From Eledone cirrhosa (lineage: Eukaryota): DNA of 64,000 nucleotides. Each line of letters begins with the position of its first letter. The first letter of the stretch is position 1. The translations under genes were made by a program, and so were the position numbers. The notes below the pieces were generated by a model, which made no database searches, was not told the DNA's origin, and saw only the letters and a program-made list of their open reading frames with translations. The stretch spans positions 216,504,001 to 216,568,000 of the forward strand of contig OZ024740.1 of the NCBI GenBank assembly GCA_964016885.1. Reading direction: 5' to 3'. This document shows positions 1 through 14,250 of the stretch, in pieces.

Positions 1-660
1 ACCACTACTACTACCACCACCACTACAACTGTTACTACTACCACTCTACCACTCCTACTACTACCACTACTACTACCACCACTTATACTACCACCTACAC
101 CACTACTACCACCAATACCACTACTACAACTGCTACTACCACCACCACTACAACTGTTACTACTACCACTCTACCACTACTACCACTACTACTACCACCA
201 CTTATACTACCACCTACACCATTACTACCACCAATACCACTACTACAACTGCTACTACCACCACCACTACAACTGTTACTACTACCACTCTACCACTCCT
301 CCTACTACCACCACTTATACTACAACCTACACCATTACTACCACCAATACCACTACTACTACCACCACCACCACTACAACTGTTACTACTACCACTCTAC
401 CACTCCTACCACTACTACTACCACCACTTATACTACCACCTACACCATTACTACCACCAATACCACTACGACAACTGCTACTACCACCACCACTACAACT
501 GTTACTACTACCACTCTACCACTCCTACTACCACCACTACTACTACCACCACTTATACTACAACCTACACCATTACTACCACCAATACCACTACTACAAC
601 TGCTACTACCACAACTACTCCTACCACCACCACTACTACTACTACCACTCCTACCACCAC
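1..660. repeat. (ACT/ACC)n low-complexity trinucleotide array with higher-order units
   Basis: Continuous cac/tac triplets with recurring blocks such as accactacaactgttactactaccactctacc. Confidence 0.9.
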
Positions 661-757
661 CCCTACAGTATCCCCTTATCCACCCCTGTTGAGGTAGGAA
701 ATATAAGAAATATAAATTGACATTCATCATTTATCATGGTAGATTCAGCTGTTTACT

Positions 758-1020
758 CCCTCTTCCTACCTCTCTCTCTCTCTCTCTTCCTACCTCTCTC
801 TCTCTCTTTTCCTACCTCTCTCTCTCTCTCTTCCTACCTCTCTCTCTCTCTCTTCCTACCTCTCTCTCTCTCTCTCTTCCTACCTCTCTCTCTTCCATTT
901 TCCCACTTCTCTCTCTCCCTTTCCTCTCTTTCTCTCTCTCTTTCTCTCTTCCCTTCATACTCCCCCCCCTTTCTCTTCCGCCTCTCTCTCTCTTCCCTCC
1001 ATATCTCACCCTCTCTCTCT
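758..1020. repeat. (CT)n-cttcctac compound microsatellite
   Basis: Repeated ctctctctcttcctac units. Confidence 0.85.
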
Positions 1021-1117
1021 TCCATCCTTTCTATATTATCTTCACTCCTCCCATCATCTCACATTTATTTTTATTGTATGTTATATACATTGTTTATCAG
1101 TTTTTTTTCCTTTGATA

Positions 1118-2050
1118 AGTGTTGTTGTTTTGTTGTGTTGTGGTGGTGTGTTGTTGTGGTGGTGTGTTGTTGTAGTGGTGTGTTGTTGTTTTGTTGTGTT
1201 GTTGTGGTGGTGTGTTGTTGTTTTGTTGTGGTGGTGTGTTGTTGTGTTGTAATGTTTTGTTGTGTTGTTTTGTTGTGATGTGTTGTTGTTTTGTTGTGTT
1301 GTTTTGTTGTGATGTGTTGTTGTTTTGTTGTGTTGTTTTCTTGTGATGTTGCATTGTATTGTTTTGTTGTGATGTTGTGTTGTATTGTTTTGTTGTGTTG
1401 TTTTGTTGTGATGTTGTGTTGTTTTCTTGTGATGTTGTGTTGTATTTTTTTGTTGTGATGTTTTGTTGTGTTGTTTTGTTGTGTTGTGTTGTTGTGTTGT
1501 TTTGTTGTGTTGTTTTGTTGTGATGTTGTGTTGTTTTGTTGTGATGTTGTGTTGTATTTTTTTGTTGTGATGTTTTGTTGTGATGTGTTGTGATGTTGTG
1601 TTGTTGTTTTGTTGAGATGTTGTGGTGTTGTTGTTGTGATGGTGTTGTGTTGTTGTTTTGTTGTGATGTGGTGTTGTTGTTGTGATGTTGGTGATGTTGT
1701 CATAGGTGGATGGTGTTTATTGATGGTTATGAAGTTGATGTTGTTGCTGGTTGTGGTGATATAGTAGTGGGAGGGGGGAGGGTGTAGTGTTTTTTGTGTT
1801 AATTTAATGTTGGCAATGTGTTAATATTGGTAGTGGTGTTGTGTTATTTATGTTGTTAGTGGTGTAGTGCTTGTGTTGTTGATGGTCATGATGTCTGTGT
1901 TGTAGTGGGTGTGTTGGTGTTGTGTTGTTGTTGTTGGTTGTGTTGTTAATGATACTGTTACCACTGGTTGTGGTGTTAGTGTGTTGGTGTTGGTAGTAGT
2001 GGTAGTGGTGGTGTTAGTGGTAGTAGTGTTGATGTTATTGATGTTGTAGG
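1118..2050. repeat. TTG/GTG low-complexity repeat
   Basis: Degenerate ttgttgtg array. Confidence 0.85.
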
Positions 2051-2299
2051 AGGAGGAAGTCAGGGTTTGTTTGTTTTTTTACTATTTTTTCCTTATTTTC
2101 CTTTTTTGAGGAAAAAAAAAAATTCTTGTTCAATTCTTTCATTCATTCTCCTCCCTCTTGTCTACCTCCTCCTTCTACTCCCTCTTGTCTACCTCCTCTT
2201 CCTCACACTCCACACACCCACACCACTCCCCCTTCTGTCTTTTAATTTGTTGATCAGTAAATAAATATAGTTCTGGCTCTTGTTTGTCCTGTGTGTGTA

Positions 2300-2359
<60 letters not shown>

Positions 2360-2920
2360 TTAGATACTGTTATGTATCGCAGTGCAGTGTTGGTTGTGTG
2401 TGTGTTTGTGTGTCTGTGTGTGTGTTTGTGTGTCTATGTGTGTGTGTGTGTGTCTGTGTGTGTGTTTGTTTGTCCTATTTTTATGGAGTGTTGGCTGGGA
2501 AGTTCAGAAAACGACCAAGTTAAACTTGTACTCACTAGCATTTTCACACACACACACACATGTATATACCCAATTACACACACACACACACATATAAATA
2601 TACACACATTATATATGTGTATATATATATATATATATACACATACACACACACACATGTACACACAAATGTATACAGAATTTTATTTACACAGAAATAT
2701 AGATAAACATTAACACACCCCAAAAACACGTTTCTATGGTTACTGCAATATTTATTTCTATTTACTTGTATTTACAATTTTCCCTGCTTTTTTTTTTATA
2801 ACTGGTGAAAGGTATTGGTATTATTATCAGTAGTAGTAGTAGTATTGGTGGTAGTAGTAGGGTTGTGGTGGTGGTGGTGGTGATAATAGTAGTCTTAATA
2901 ACAAATGAATTTTAATTATG

Positions 2921-2954
<34 letters not shown>

Positions 2955-2970
2955 ATACATATATATATAA

Positions 2971-3044
<74 letters not shown>

Positions 3045-3181
3045 GTACATCACACAGTTGTTATATGTGTAGTTAATAGTGGTGGTTGCACAGTGGATGT
3101 GAACCTAGCCAAATTCTGACATATATATCATCATCATCATCTACACACATACACACCTGCACTTTCTTATGAAGTATCTAA

Positions 3182-3245
<64 letters not shown>

Positions 3246-3660
3246 TCACCTCTTTGAATCTCCCCCCCCCCCCCTCTCTCTTCCTCTCCCCCTCTCTCTT
3301 CCTCTCTCTATAGTATATCTATCTACACTTGTGTTACATCTTAGATTTGTTATTCTTCAAGACAATAGTTCTTACAATATAATAGCAGGAGATTTTGGTG
3401 AATATTTTCTTTTGTGATGAGAGGGTGTATATATTTATTTGTTGTTTACTTGCTGAATACTGTGTTGTTTGGACTATGATGCCGATGTTGTCTCTCTCCC
3501 AGTCTCTCTCTCTCAGCTCTCTCTCTCAATGTATTTATCATTAAATCTCTAAACCTTTGAGCAGTCCACTCTATCAAAGCACATTCATTGCTCAGGCATC
3601 CATTATTTGCTAATGCATTTATCTTTGGACAAGATAAACTGTGTTTCTTCTCAATTGGTC

Positions 3661-3700
<40 letters not shown>

Positions 3701-4694
3701 GTATATGTGTCTTTTCTGTTGTTTCTGTTATTGTCTGTGTTGTTGTCTATACAAGGTGTAAGTATTTTTCTCTATATGTCTGTGTTGTGTGTATACAAGG
3801 TGCGAGTGTATATCTGTCTGTCTGTGTGTGTGTCTGTTTGTAAAGTTAAGCTCTTCAAACATTCCAGATATTTAGATAGATATAGAAGCATGTCATAGGT
3901 TGTAGTAGCTAGAACAATAGATATTATCTGACATGGAAACATAGATATTGATGAAATTTAATGAGATGTGGTTGCATTCATGCTTCTACCAATGACATTG
4001 CAGCCAATAAGTAAACCCTTCAAAACAGGATGTTAAGGGTTTTATTTAGTTACATCTGTGCTCTGGTGGTGGTTGTAGGGTTTTTTTTTTATTATTTCTA
4101 TTTTTTTTTTTAAATGCTGTTTAGAAAGTTTGTGTATTTCCGAAGCACTGCTTTAGGTATATCAAACATTATTGTAATGGGTAACATTTCTACTTTATAC
4201 AGGAGCAACAACTGATATGATTCTTGACTGATTTCTCTTGACTAACTATATGCTATAATAAACCACTTCATTCTAGAGTGTACAATATGGACCACAATTA
4301 GATGGAGACACAGCATATTTTGAGTTGTGGATCTCTGGATAAAATTAGTTGTTCAACAGATGACCTAGGCTAAACACCATGCAATATGTAAAATAGCAAG
4401 ACCATCACCACTATCATTGTCATCACTGTATTTATGTCACCATCAAGTGTGGTTTGTTAAGGCAGTATTCTATAATCAGATGCTCTTCATGACACCAACC
4501 ATTACTCAAGTAAGAAACTTAGTATAGTGAACTCAACACATTGAATATGTTAAGGAATATATTGTTCATGGGAGACATAAACTAAAACCAGTGTTCCCTA
4601 AGCAGTGTCATTGTAAAAACACTTACACAACTCACGCAGACACACGCACACTTACACATGCACACTCACGCACACACACACACTCACTCGTACA

Positions 4695-4853
4695 TGACAG
4701 GCTTCTGTACAATTTCTGTTAACCAAATTCCATCACAAGGTAGTGGACATCCTAAAATCTTAGTAGAACTTGTTTAAGATGCCTCACAGTGAGATTGAAC
4801 ACGAAAGCCACATGACTGTGAAGCAAGCTTTAACCACACGGCCATGCCTGCAC
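4695..4853 (-). mobile_element. Degenerate tRNA-derived SINE, family 3 (related copies ~5220-5340 +, ~15778-15915 -)
   Basis: Minus strand gtgcaggcatggccgtgtggttaaagc...gtgttcaatctc gives Pol III A/B-box-like head. Confidence 0.55.
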
Positions 4854-6290
4854 TTACATATAAAACATATCATTCCCTGTCAAGTACAATTTTGTGTAAG
4901 CAACAGCTATGGCAGAGAAAACAATAATAAAAAATGGAACTGTTTTTCAGTGTCATATGAAATAGAGTTGGTTAAAAGACTTGTTTCAGGTTGAGAAATA
5001 TTGTGGCTTCTATTTCTTCAGATCCACAGCAATAACTGATTCCTGTCCTGTAAGTTAATGAGGCAATTATTATTAGTTTTATAGTGTTTCTTATTGTTTA
5101 CAGCAGAGCATGTTATTCCTACCTTGCAGCACTGCATCTTAACTGAAAGAAATACTAGCAACTATTGAAGAAAATCTAATTGAAAACTGGGACACAATCA
5201 AAACTATATATAATTGTGGATGCAACATAGCTGAATGGTTAAGAAGTTCGCTTTACACTCATAGGGTTTTGAGTTCAATCCCACTATATGGTATATTGGT
5301 ATACCACTGTCTTGGGTAAATGGAAAACTGGAAGCACAACTTTCTATTCCTGAATCACACCTACTCTTCTTGTTAATAAACAATAAATGCATGTGGCTGA
5401 GTGGTTAGAGAATTGGATTCACAGTCATTAAGTTGCAATTTCAATTCTCAGACCAGGTGATGCAAGATACTTTTTTCATGTCGCTCTCTCTCTGCCAGGA
5501 GTTACAATAAGTAGATAGTGTCAGCAATAGAATGACCAATGGAAACATTGTTCCCTTGGTTTGATTTGACAAGGTCCACCCCACTTGGTAAGTGAAGGAG
5601 GTTTGGTATCTTGTCAATCGACTTCCTTCCTTTTTTCAGTCTGCTAGGAACGTGAGGCAGCCAGCAGTGGGCCCCCCATTTGCTCATAATAATGAGAGGT
5701 TGGTTCCTTTGTATTTGGACCTGGTGTTTATATATTTATTTTCCTTGTTAATATGGCATGAAGAGGAAGTTGTCATGGTCTGGGTTGTTGGAGTTATGGT
5801 GGCATTACCAAAGAAAGGAGCCTCAACAAGTGATGCAGAATAACTCTGTTCTCTATCACTGGAAAAGTGTTTTTACAATGTCCTCCTTAACCTACCAACC
5901 ATTATAAGGAAAGTAAATACTTGATAATGTAGGGCTAGACATATATCTAAAATAATGGGATAGTCGTGGCTGGAATGTTTTTGATTAAAAGCTAGCTTAA
6001 TCAGGATTGACTTAGGACAAAACATAAAGAACAACTCATGACACATCTAACTAGACTAGATGTGTCATGAGACTGGCATGAGATACCTTAGACAAGAAAG
6101 ATTAAAGAATATAATTTCATTTGGTCCTAAACTAATTGATGTCAACAAGTCATATCTCCATTGAGGACTCAATGCCATAGACTCAGGTTAAGAAGGGCAT
6201 CCAGCCATAGAAAACAAACCAAAACAAATAATATGAGGTGAGTCTACTCACCTGACCAGTCTGGCCTCAGCATGTGACAGCCATCTAATT

Positions 6291-6462
6291 CAGTGTTTCT
6301 CAATCCATGTTCCCCCAGAATCGTAAGGTTCCATAAGAGGTTAATAGGGGTTCTGCGAGAAACAGAAAAATAGATAGATATTAATGATGGTATATGATAA
6401 TTTTTGTGCAGAGTTTCCTGAAACAAGAGTTCCAGAAGGGTTAAAAATATTGCGAAACGCTG
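6291..6462. mobile_element. hAT/Charlie-type MITE
   Basis: TIRs cagtgtttctcaa / ttgcgaaacgctg; 8-bp flanks atctaatt / gtataatc only partly matching. Confidence 0.6.
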
Positions 6463-7474
6463 GTATAATCCATGCAAACATGGAAAATAGATATCAAACA
6501 ATGATGATGATTACATTTATTTTTTCAATACTTCCATGGGTTGACATGTTCTACTTGTTTCTTCCATTTGTCATTTCTTTTGTAAGGTTCATTATCTTAA
6601 CATTAGTTTTCACTACTTCTTCTCAAGTCCTCCTTGAATTACCTCTACCATATCTTTCTTCCACCTGAAACTCCTGTCGCTTCTTTACTCAATGATCATT
6701 GTCCACTGGCATTACATATCTGCATAAATACAGTTTTCTCTCTTGCTCACTCTGATTCCTCTGAGGCCCAGTTTTTCTCTCAACTCATCTATATTTCATC
6801 ATTCATGCATACTCGTCATATTCATTGTCCTTGTCTCATTATTATGTAGCATTACACTATATACACAGGCATCATACATTCTACCCTTTAACTTGGAAAG
6901 AGAATCCCTTTCTTACTAACAGAGGTAGAGTAGCTCCATGGATGAAATTTTAAATAGAAAAACACTGGAAAATCCTTCATTTAATGACATAAATGTAATA
7001 TTGGTTTGGTGGAGAATCTGCCTTTATTATCATTTTTACATTTTGCTTTTCTACACTTACATGGGTCGTATAGTTACTCTCTGAAACAGTGTTTTGTCAT
7101 TTCCTTTGTGAGGTTTAACATCCTGACATCACCTTTCACCACTTCTTCCTTGGTTTTTCCCCTTTCATGGCTTCCTTTCACTTAAAACTCCTGGCAACTT
7201 CTTTATCCAGATGTCATCATTCATACACATTACATGTCTGTACCAGCAGTTTCTCTCCTCTATACAACAGCTAACTCTTCATATATAGAAGTTTAGTGTT
7301 GACTATAACTTTATACTAGATAAGTGTTGTTATTGATAGACCATAGAAACCCACATTATACCTTTAAAATAATTGTTGAACAGTCAATATAAGGACATTT
7401 TGGAAAATTGTGTTACAATCTCTTTGGAACTACAATGAATCTGTAATTTTTAGGGGGAAAAGCAATAAAAATTA

Positions 7475-7509
<35 letters not shown>

Positions 7510-7734
7510 GTGTGAGACACGTTGGCTGAGAGCTTCTGACAGGAACGAAACGATTGATTCTTTTTAGCTTCCCGTCCCCACGTAAAATTTGTAAATCAGT
7601 GGCTAGTTGAGAGATAGAGTCCTATCGGGTGCCAGTTGCTAATAGCTTTACCGTGTCAGTCGTCACAAACAGTCATGGCCGGCATAGACTGGTCTTAGGA
7701 TTCTGTTGATCGATTGGTTATTGATTAGGCGATA

Positions 7735-7844
7735 CCCGCTGATGAAGCTGCATAAGCCGATTGTGCATTGTGGCATAATATATGCAGACAGATGGTGCAG
7801 TGCACCTTACTGCTGCATTAGTGCAGCAGAAACTCGAGTCCGGG
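7735..7844 (+). ncRNA. Type I hammerhead ribozyme with extended stem II
   Basis: CCCG-CUGAUGA-A-GCUGCA...UGCAGC-A-GAAA-CUCGAG-UC^CGGG; canonical core, palindromic stem III, predicted cleavage after C7840. Confidence 0.85.
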
Positions 7845-8330
7845 AACCTTATAGGCACGTGTGTTGTGTTGAAGCAAATAACTTTGTGCATATTCTGGTA
7901 ATGTATCATACATTGCCCATGGAGTGCACTGAGATACAACCGGTACTGGCATTAACAAATATGCTGGGTCTGTCAACCCTTATTATTATATATATATATA
8001 TCATCATCATCATCATTTATATGTCCGTTTTTCCACACTTGCATGGGTTGGATGGATCTTTCTCAGCACAGCATCTCTCCACTCGTCATATTCCTTCGTC
8101 ATCACTTCTGTGAGTCTCTGCAATTTGATGTCAGCTCTCACCACCTCTGCCCAGGTCTTTCTTGGTCTACCTCTACTGTGGCTCCTTCTACTGGGATTTA
8201 TGTGTGTTTAACAATGAAAGCAAAAGACAAAGTTTACTGCTTAATCAGTTCAATGTTTTACGATCGTTTCAGAAAGTTGATTGATCAATATAGGGACTAA
8301 TTGATAGTTGTTATGTAGGTCTATATTATT

Positions 8331-8515
8331 GAATTGGCAGTATCGGTAGAGGGTCGGACGCCATGCTTTGCAGCACAGTTACGTCCCTTTACGGTCTGAG
8401 TTCAAATCCCGCCGAGGTGACTTTGCCTTTCATCCTTACGGGGTCAATAAAATAAAGTACCAGTAATACACTGGGATAATTGCTGGCCTTGTGCCAAAAA
8501 GTAGAAACAATTATT
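8331..8515 (+). mobile_element. tRNA-derived SINE, family 2 (gcctttcatccttacggggtc central domain)
   Basis: A box tggcagtatcggtagag, B box gagttcaaatcc, (att)n-type tail; many copies, e.g. 16648, 16934, 28290, 29075-29755, 39562, 45722, 49510, 50397, 63440, 63862. Confidence 0.8.
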
Positions 8516-9179
8516 AGTCACAATACTCCATCTCAGTTTTCCTCAGAAACAATGAATTATAATCTTTATTTGTAAGATATATAAAGAGGTTGAAATGCAT
8601 TAATTGGATACTGGGACTGAGAAAAAAATATAAATGATAAATAATAAGCCCTCTCCCCCACTCTCTCTGTATATAGCATCATCATTATCATTATCGTTTA
8701 ACGTCTATCTTCCACACTACCATGGGTTAGACGGGTTTGTCACATTTGAGGCAAGTTGGGTTGGGTGGCCGTGTCTCGCTCATGTAGGACTATTTCATAT
8801 AATATATATGTATGTGTTTGTGTGTGGTGTGTGTGTATATATATATATATATATAGAGAGAGAGATTTAAATAGATGTAAGTATGCACACAAACACACAC
8901 ACATATACACACACACACACACGCACACACACACAAACTGTTTAAGAATAAACAAAACAAACACTGATATGCATAATCACAGAGTTAGGCTCATTCTTGG
9001 GAAGAAGTAAATGAGGATTACAACGTATCGGACATAAGTCCTTCTTCAGGAAATAGCAGAGTTCCGAGAGAGAAGGTTAGAACAATGGAGGTTAGAAGGT
9101 TAATGTGTGTGTATGTGTGTGTGGGTAGGGGGTGTCTGTGTGATCTCATTCTCATATAACTTATAACACATATACACAC

Positions 9180-9710
9180 TGGCATATATGTAGACACTGA
9201 CACACACGTACACACTGACATCTATGTAGACACAATAGTGTACACTCACGCACACATACACACTGACATCTATGTAGACATAAGAGTGTACACACACATA
9301 CTGACATCTATGTAGACACAATAGTGTACACACACACTGACACACATACACACTGACATCTATGTAGACACAAGAGTGTACACACACACACACACTGACA
9401 TCTATGTAGACACAAGAGTGTACACACACACACACACACTGACATCTATGTAGAGACAATAGTGTACACACACACTGACACACATACACACTGACATCTA
9501 TGTAGACACAAGAGTGTACACACACACACACACACACACTGACATCTATGTAGACAATAGTGTACACACACACTGACACACATACACACTGACATCTATG
9601 TAGACACAAGAGTGTACACACATACACACACACATACACACTGACATCTATGTAGACACATGAGTGTACACACACACATACACACTGACATCTATGTAGA
9701 CACATGAGTG

Positions 9711-9741
<31 letters not shown>

Positions 9742-9818
9742 ACTGACATCTATGTAGACACATGAGTGCACACACACACACACACACTGACATCTATGTA
9801 GACACAAGAGTGTACACA
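9180..9818. repeat. Minisatellite: ctgacatctatgtagacacaagagtgta core with variable (CA)n linkers
   Basis: About 14 copies of the core separated by CA runs. Confidence 0.9.
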
Positions 9819-11899
9819 TGTTTTTGTCACATCTCATTTCTGGATTTCTCTCTGATGTATTGTATCTCCTGTTTTTGTTGATCTTGTGGCAAATAATGTT
9901 ATTTTTGCTGTAGTCATCATCACCACACCACCACCACCACCACCACCCATCACCATCACCACCATCACCACCCATCATCACTATCATCATCATCACCACC
10001 ACCACTATCACCATCATCATCATCACTATCACCACCCACCATCATCATCATCACCACCACCACTACCACCACTCACCATCACCATCGTCATCATCACCGC
10101 CACCATCACCATCACCACCCACCTTCATCACCACCATCATCACCACCATTGTTATTGTTATTGCAAATGTTATTGTTATTTGTTATTATAGATGTTATTG
10201 TTATTTCTGTTTTCATGAAATCATGTTTGTTGTAACCAATTCATATTTTTCATCATCACCACCACCACCACCACTAGTGTTTTTCTCACTCACTCTCTGT
10301 CTCACTCACTCTCTGTCTCACTCACTCTCTGTCTCACTCACTCGCTGTCTCTCTCACTCTCTGTCTCTGTCTCCTTGCCTGTCTCTCTCTCTCTTGGTCT
10401 AAGATGACCTTGTCAGTTATTTAAACCCTGCCATAACCAATATTTCTTTAGGCTGTCATCATTCTCAATGTTGTTGTTTCCAGTTCTACTGTTATAGTTA
10501 TTAACAATAATCGTTTGTTTATCTTCTACCAGCTGCAAAACAACTGGCATTGGCTCTTACCAAACAAACATAGAAATTATGGACAATCAATATGTAGAGA
10601 GAGAGAGTGAGAGGGAGTGAGAGATAAAAATAGAGAGAAAGAGGGAGAGAGAGGAGAGAGACTGTAGTGTGCAAAACAAGAGAAATGAAATCAACTTGTC
10701 ACAAATTTCTAGTCTGTTGTTGTGTCAGCCAGTGTAGTAGTCTATTAGGATTTTAGTTGTTTCAATGGAAGGAATGTTAGAAAAAGGAAACTGGAGGATA
10801 GGAGGAGTAGGAGGAAGTGGATTAAAGATACATAGGAAAACTTTTAGTAAGCAAATGAAAAAAAAAAACCTGCATTCTGACACAAATCTCATATTTGTAT
10901 GTCACCATAATCATCATTTAAATTTTCTTGAGGAACATAATTCTCTATGCTGACATAGGTTGGATAGGTTTATAAAATTGCTTTTCAATAACTGTCTTCT
11001 ATGTTCTTCAGGTCAGTTCCACATCCAAGTTGACTTCCTTATACTCAGCTATTGTTTACTGCCACCTAACAATAAGATTTCATAAATTTCTCAATATTAG
11101 TTTATCACAATACTATTCCCCCCCCCCCCCCAAAAAAAAACATTTCCTTCTTCTGGCTGTATAAATATAAGAGAATATTTTGTCTTCTTTATCTGTTCAT
11201 AATATATAATATCTAAAATCTTATAAAGATAATACTTGTCTTTACCAACGATTTTTGTTTTATTGAATTAAATGTCTTTTGGCCAATTCTCTTAAGATGA
11301 TTTCAAAAGATCCTATTTATTTTTAACCCATCACATTTATCTATGTACACTAGTCAGTTAAAGTAATTTGCTTGCAATATCTTCATATTTTGGAACACAA
11401 AACAAAAAGAATAAAAAGACCCCCCCCCCCCCCACACACACACACACAACTCTGTTCTCATTTGAACTTAATTATGTGTAAATGAAAGCTTGGAAGGTAA
11501 TTAACACATTTTATTAATAGCAATATGCATGCATGGTCCCATAACTTTTGAAGAAGTTGTAGAGGCATCATATTGACGTACAGTGTTTCCAGGGCATTTT
11601 TAAACCTGGGGGAACCCAATCCTCTCCAGGTTTGAATACAACAGATTTCTTCCAGAGAAAGATAGAGAGAGAGTGAAAGGAAGTGAGGAGATATAGAGGA
11701 AGAATCAACCCCAGTACTAGACTGGGGCTTTATTTTTATTGACCTCAGCAGAATTTGACTGAGAGACCAGAGAGTCAAAACAAATACTATAAAGCATTTT
11801 ATCTGGCATACTAATGACTCAGTAGCAATATGTTACCTGTAAATCCCAAAATCTAATATCATGTAGATTTAAAATTATGGTAATATATATATATAATGG

Positions 11900-12228
11900 A
11901 GGCACATGGCTTAGTGGTTAGAGCATTGGCCTTGCAATCAAAAAGTCGTGAGTTCAATTCTCAGACCGGGTGATGCGTTGTTTCCTTGAGCAAGACACTT
12001 TATTTCACATTGCTCCAGTTTACTCAGCTGTAGAAATGAGATGGTAGGACTGGAGTCCCTATCAATCCACTGTAAAGTGGTCGTGGAGGAGCCACGGCAA
12101 AAAAGCACCCAGCACTCACTGTAAATGAGGTTGGTGTTAGGAAGGGCATCCAGCTGTAGAAATCAAGCCAGAATCAGTTCCCGTCTCACCCTTGCAAGCA
12201 GGGAAAAGTGGACGTAAAAAATGATGAT
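11900..12228 (+). mobile_element. tRNA-derived CORE-like SINE, family 1, with RTE-derived 3' tail
   Basis: A box tggcttagtggttagag, B box gagttcaattc, CORE-like ccttgagcaagacacttt...cagctgtagaaatg, tail ggttggtgttaggaagggcatccagctgtagaa shared with RTE 3' UTR, (gat)n end. Confidence 0.8.
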
Positions 12229-12537
12229 ATATATATATATTAATATATATATATATATATATATTAATATATATATATATATATATATTAATATATATAT
12301 CTTGGCTTTCAGAATAGACTCACTGTCTCCCTCCATCTTCTAAGAGGGGACTAAAAGAGTTGACGTGGGGAAGAGCATCCAGACATAAAATACTTCTGCA
12401 AAAAGTCCTGTCTGACCTATGCTTGCATCTGAGGCATACAAAAATAATGATTATTATCCCTCTGTCTGTGTGTGTGTGTATATATGTATATATATACATA
12501 TATATATATATGTATATATATACATACATACATACAT

Positions 12538-12796
12538 ACATCATCAACGTTTAACGTCCGTGTTCCACGCTTGCATGGGTTTGGACGGGGGTTTTCCCAC
12601 TTGAGGCAAGAGTGGTTGTCTTGCTCGCATAGGACTGTCTGGCAGGTTTTCTACAGCTGGATGCCCTTCCTAACACCAACCACATTTACAGTGTGGGTCT
12701 GGGAGGTTTTTACCGTGTTGCCTACACGGCCACATTACAGCGTGGACTGTGTGTTTTTTTGTCGTGACACCTACACGATCTCATTTGTTTCGGCCT
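12538..12796 (-). mobile_element. RTE LINE subfamily B 3' UTR fragment
   Basis: Near-identical reverse complement of ~61525-61785. Confidence 0.9.
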
Positions 12797-12848
12797 GGAT
12801 ACATACATGCATATACATACATATATTTCGGCTATTTAATATTACTCA

Positions 12849-12898
<50 letters not shown>

Positions 12899-12902
<4 letters not shown>

Positions 12903-13400
12903 ATAATAATAAATTTGAAGACTAAAATCCAAAGAGGGCTCGCTAAGGATAAATATATATCAAATATATAAGAACCGTAGAGCAAATGTTTATTAAAATA
13001 ACAGACTAAAGTTTAAGCAAAGAATCGCTTATATATATATATCGCTTATATATATAAGTAGAAGGGATATTTAATTTGTTGGAAATTCCACAAATATAAA
13101 TGTTTATAACTGATTCAGGGCACTTGACAGATTTCTGGAGTAAATATTCAAGGATATTAAATAAATGGAAACTATATTTATAAAAGGAAAATTCAACTGA
13201 TAAGGTATGGTCCTTGGCTATGTCAAAATTTATAAAACACACTTTGTATTTTATCTGATGAAAGTGTACCAAGGTTTTGGTACCCTTGAAATATATATAA
13301 TAGAATAAATATGGTTTTATAAATATAGTTTCCATTTATTTAATATCGTTAAGGGTGAAAGCAGCGATTCTTTGCTTAAACTTTAATCTGTTATTTAAAT
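12899..13400. mobile_element. Nested PLE-type terminal fragments: family-3 HHR unit inside a family-2 foldback
   Basis: 12899-13028 matches 26507-26648 and 33192-33318; 13347-13400 is the inverted partial arm; inner ~13040-13347 resembles 37339-37780. Confidence 0.7.
13247..13307 (+). ncRNA. Type I hammerhead ribozyme (family 3)
   Basis: UAUUUUAU-CUGAUGA-AAGUGUACCA...UGGUACCCUU-GAAA-UAUAUA-UA^AUAGAAUA. Confidence 0.85.
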
Positions 13401-13441
13401 ATATATATATATATCTACTTATATATACATGTATACATATA

Positions 13442-13541
13442 CAGAGTGTCCTCAGAAAATGTATACACACTTTGATTACCTGAAGAGGCAATATTTATTA
13501 GAATGCTGTTGAAGTGTGTATACATATTTTAGGGACATCCC
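13442..13541. mobile_element. Tc1/mariner-type MITE remnant
   Basis: TA-cagagtgtcctcagaaaatgtatacacactt ... aagtgtgtatacatattttagggacatcc imperfect TIRs. Confidence 0.55.
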
Positions 13542-13545
13542 CCCC

Positions 13546-13646
<101 letters not shown>

Positions 13647-13724
13647 CATTTTATTACGGCTAAATAGTGATTCTTGTTACTCTGGAGTTTCACATGTTTA
13701 TCACAGGGTCATCATCATCATGTG

Positions 13725-13762
<38 letters not shown>

Positions 13763-14067
13763 TACAGTTATAATAATGTGTTCAACATTTTTTTAATATA
13801 ATTCTAGAATTAAAATTGTTATAATATATATCCATTGTTTACAACATGTGAGTTATCTAAATAATATATAATCCATTTTTTGTTTGTTTTACGTAATATT
13901 TCTAATATATGTCTTCCAGATTAACTTTAAAAGAACAACAACTCTACAAGCTACAAAAAACTAAAAGATTTTCTTGATACTATTATAGAATAAAGAACAT
14001 GTAATTCCTTTATCAAGAGAATTTACTTATTGACTACAAAAATATTGATTTTTCAACTTGATACAGT

Positions 14068-14250
14068 TCATGCCGTAAAAAGTGGCAATGGGCCTATGAC
14101 CAGTCTTGGGAGGCATGGGATGGACACACTAAGGTTGCATATCCTGAGACCCCAAAGAGAGATCCTTCCTGATCAGTTGGAAACAGTTGCTTCTGGTAGG
14201 ACCTGCTTGCTTGAGACAGATTTAGACTTAGAGCTCCATTCAAGGCTAGA
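14068..14250 (+). pseudogene. Degenerate RTE LINE ORF2 C-terminal remnant
   Basis: Frame reading RKKWQWA... resembles the RTE KWxWAGH motif; stops follow. Confidence 0.35.

Noticed and set aside
9021-9050. HHR-like CUGAAGA-AGGAC-UUAU-GUCC-GAUAC on the minus strand
   Set aside because: GAAA is mutated and stem I does not pair; at best a dead PLE remnant
9180-9818. CRISPR-like repeat/spacer appearance (also 28527 and 46330 arrays)
   Set aside because: Spacers are (CA)n or absent, there are no cas genes, and the context is eukaryotic
11900-11975. tRNA gene (also other SINE heads)
   Set aside because: A/B boxes run into SINE bodies present in many diverged copies; no complete cloverleaf
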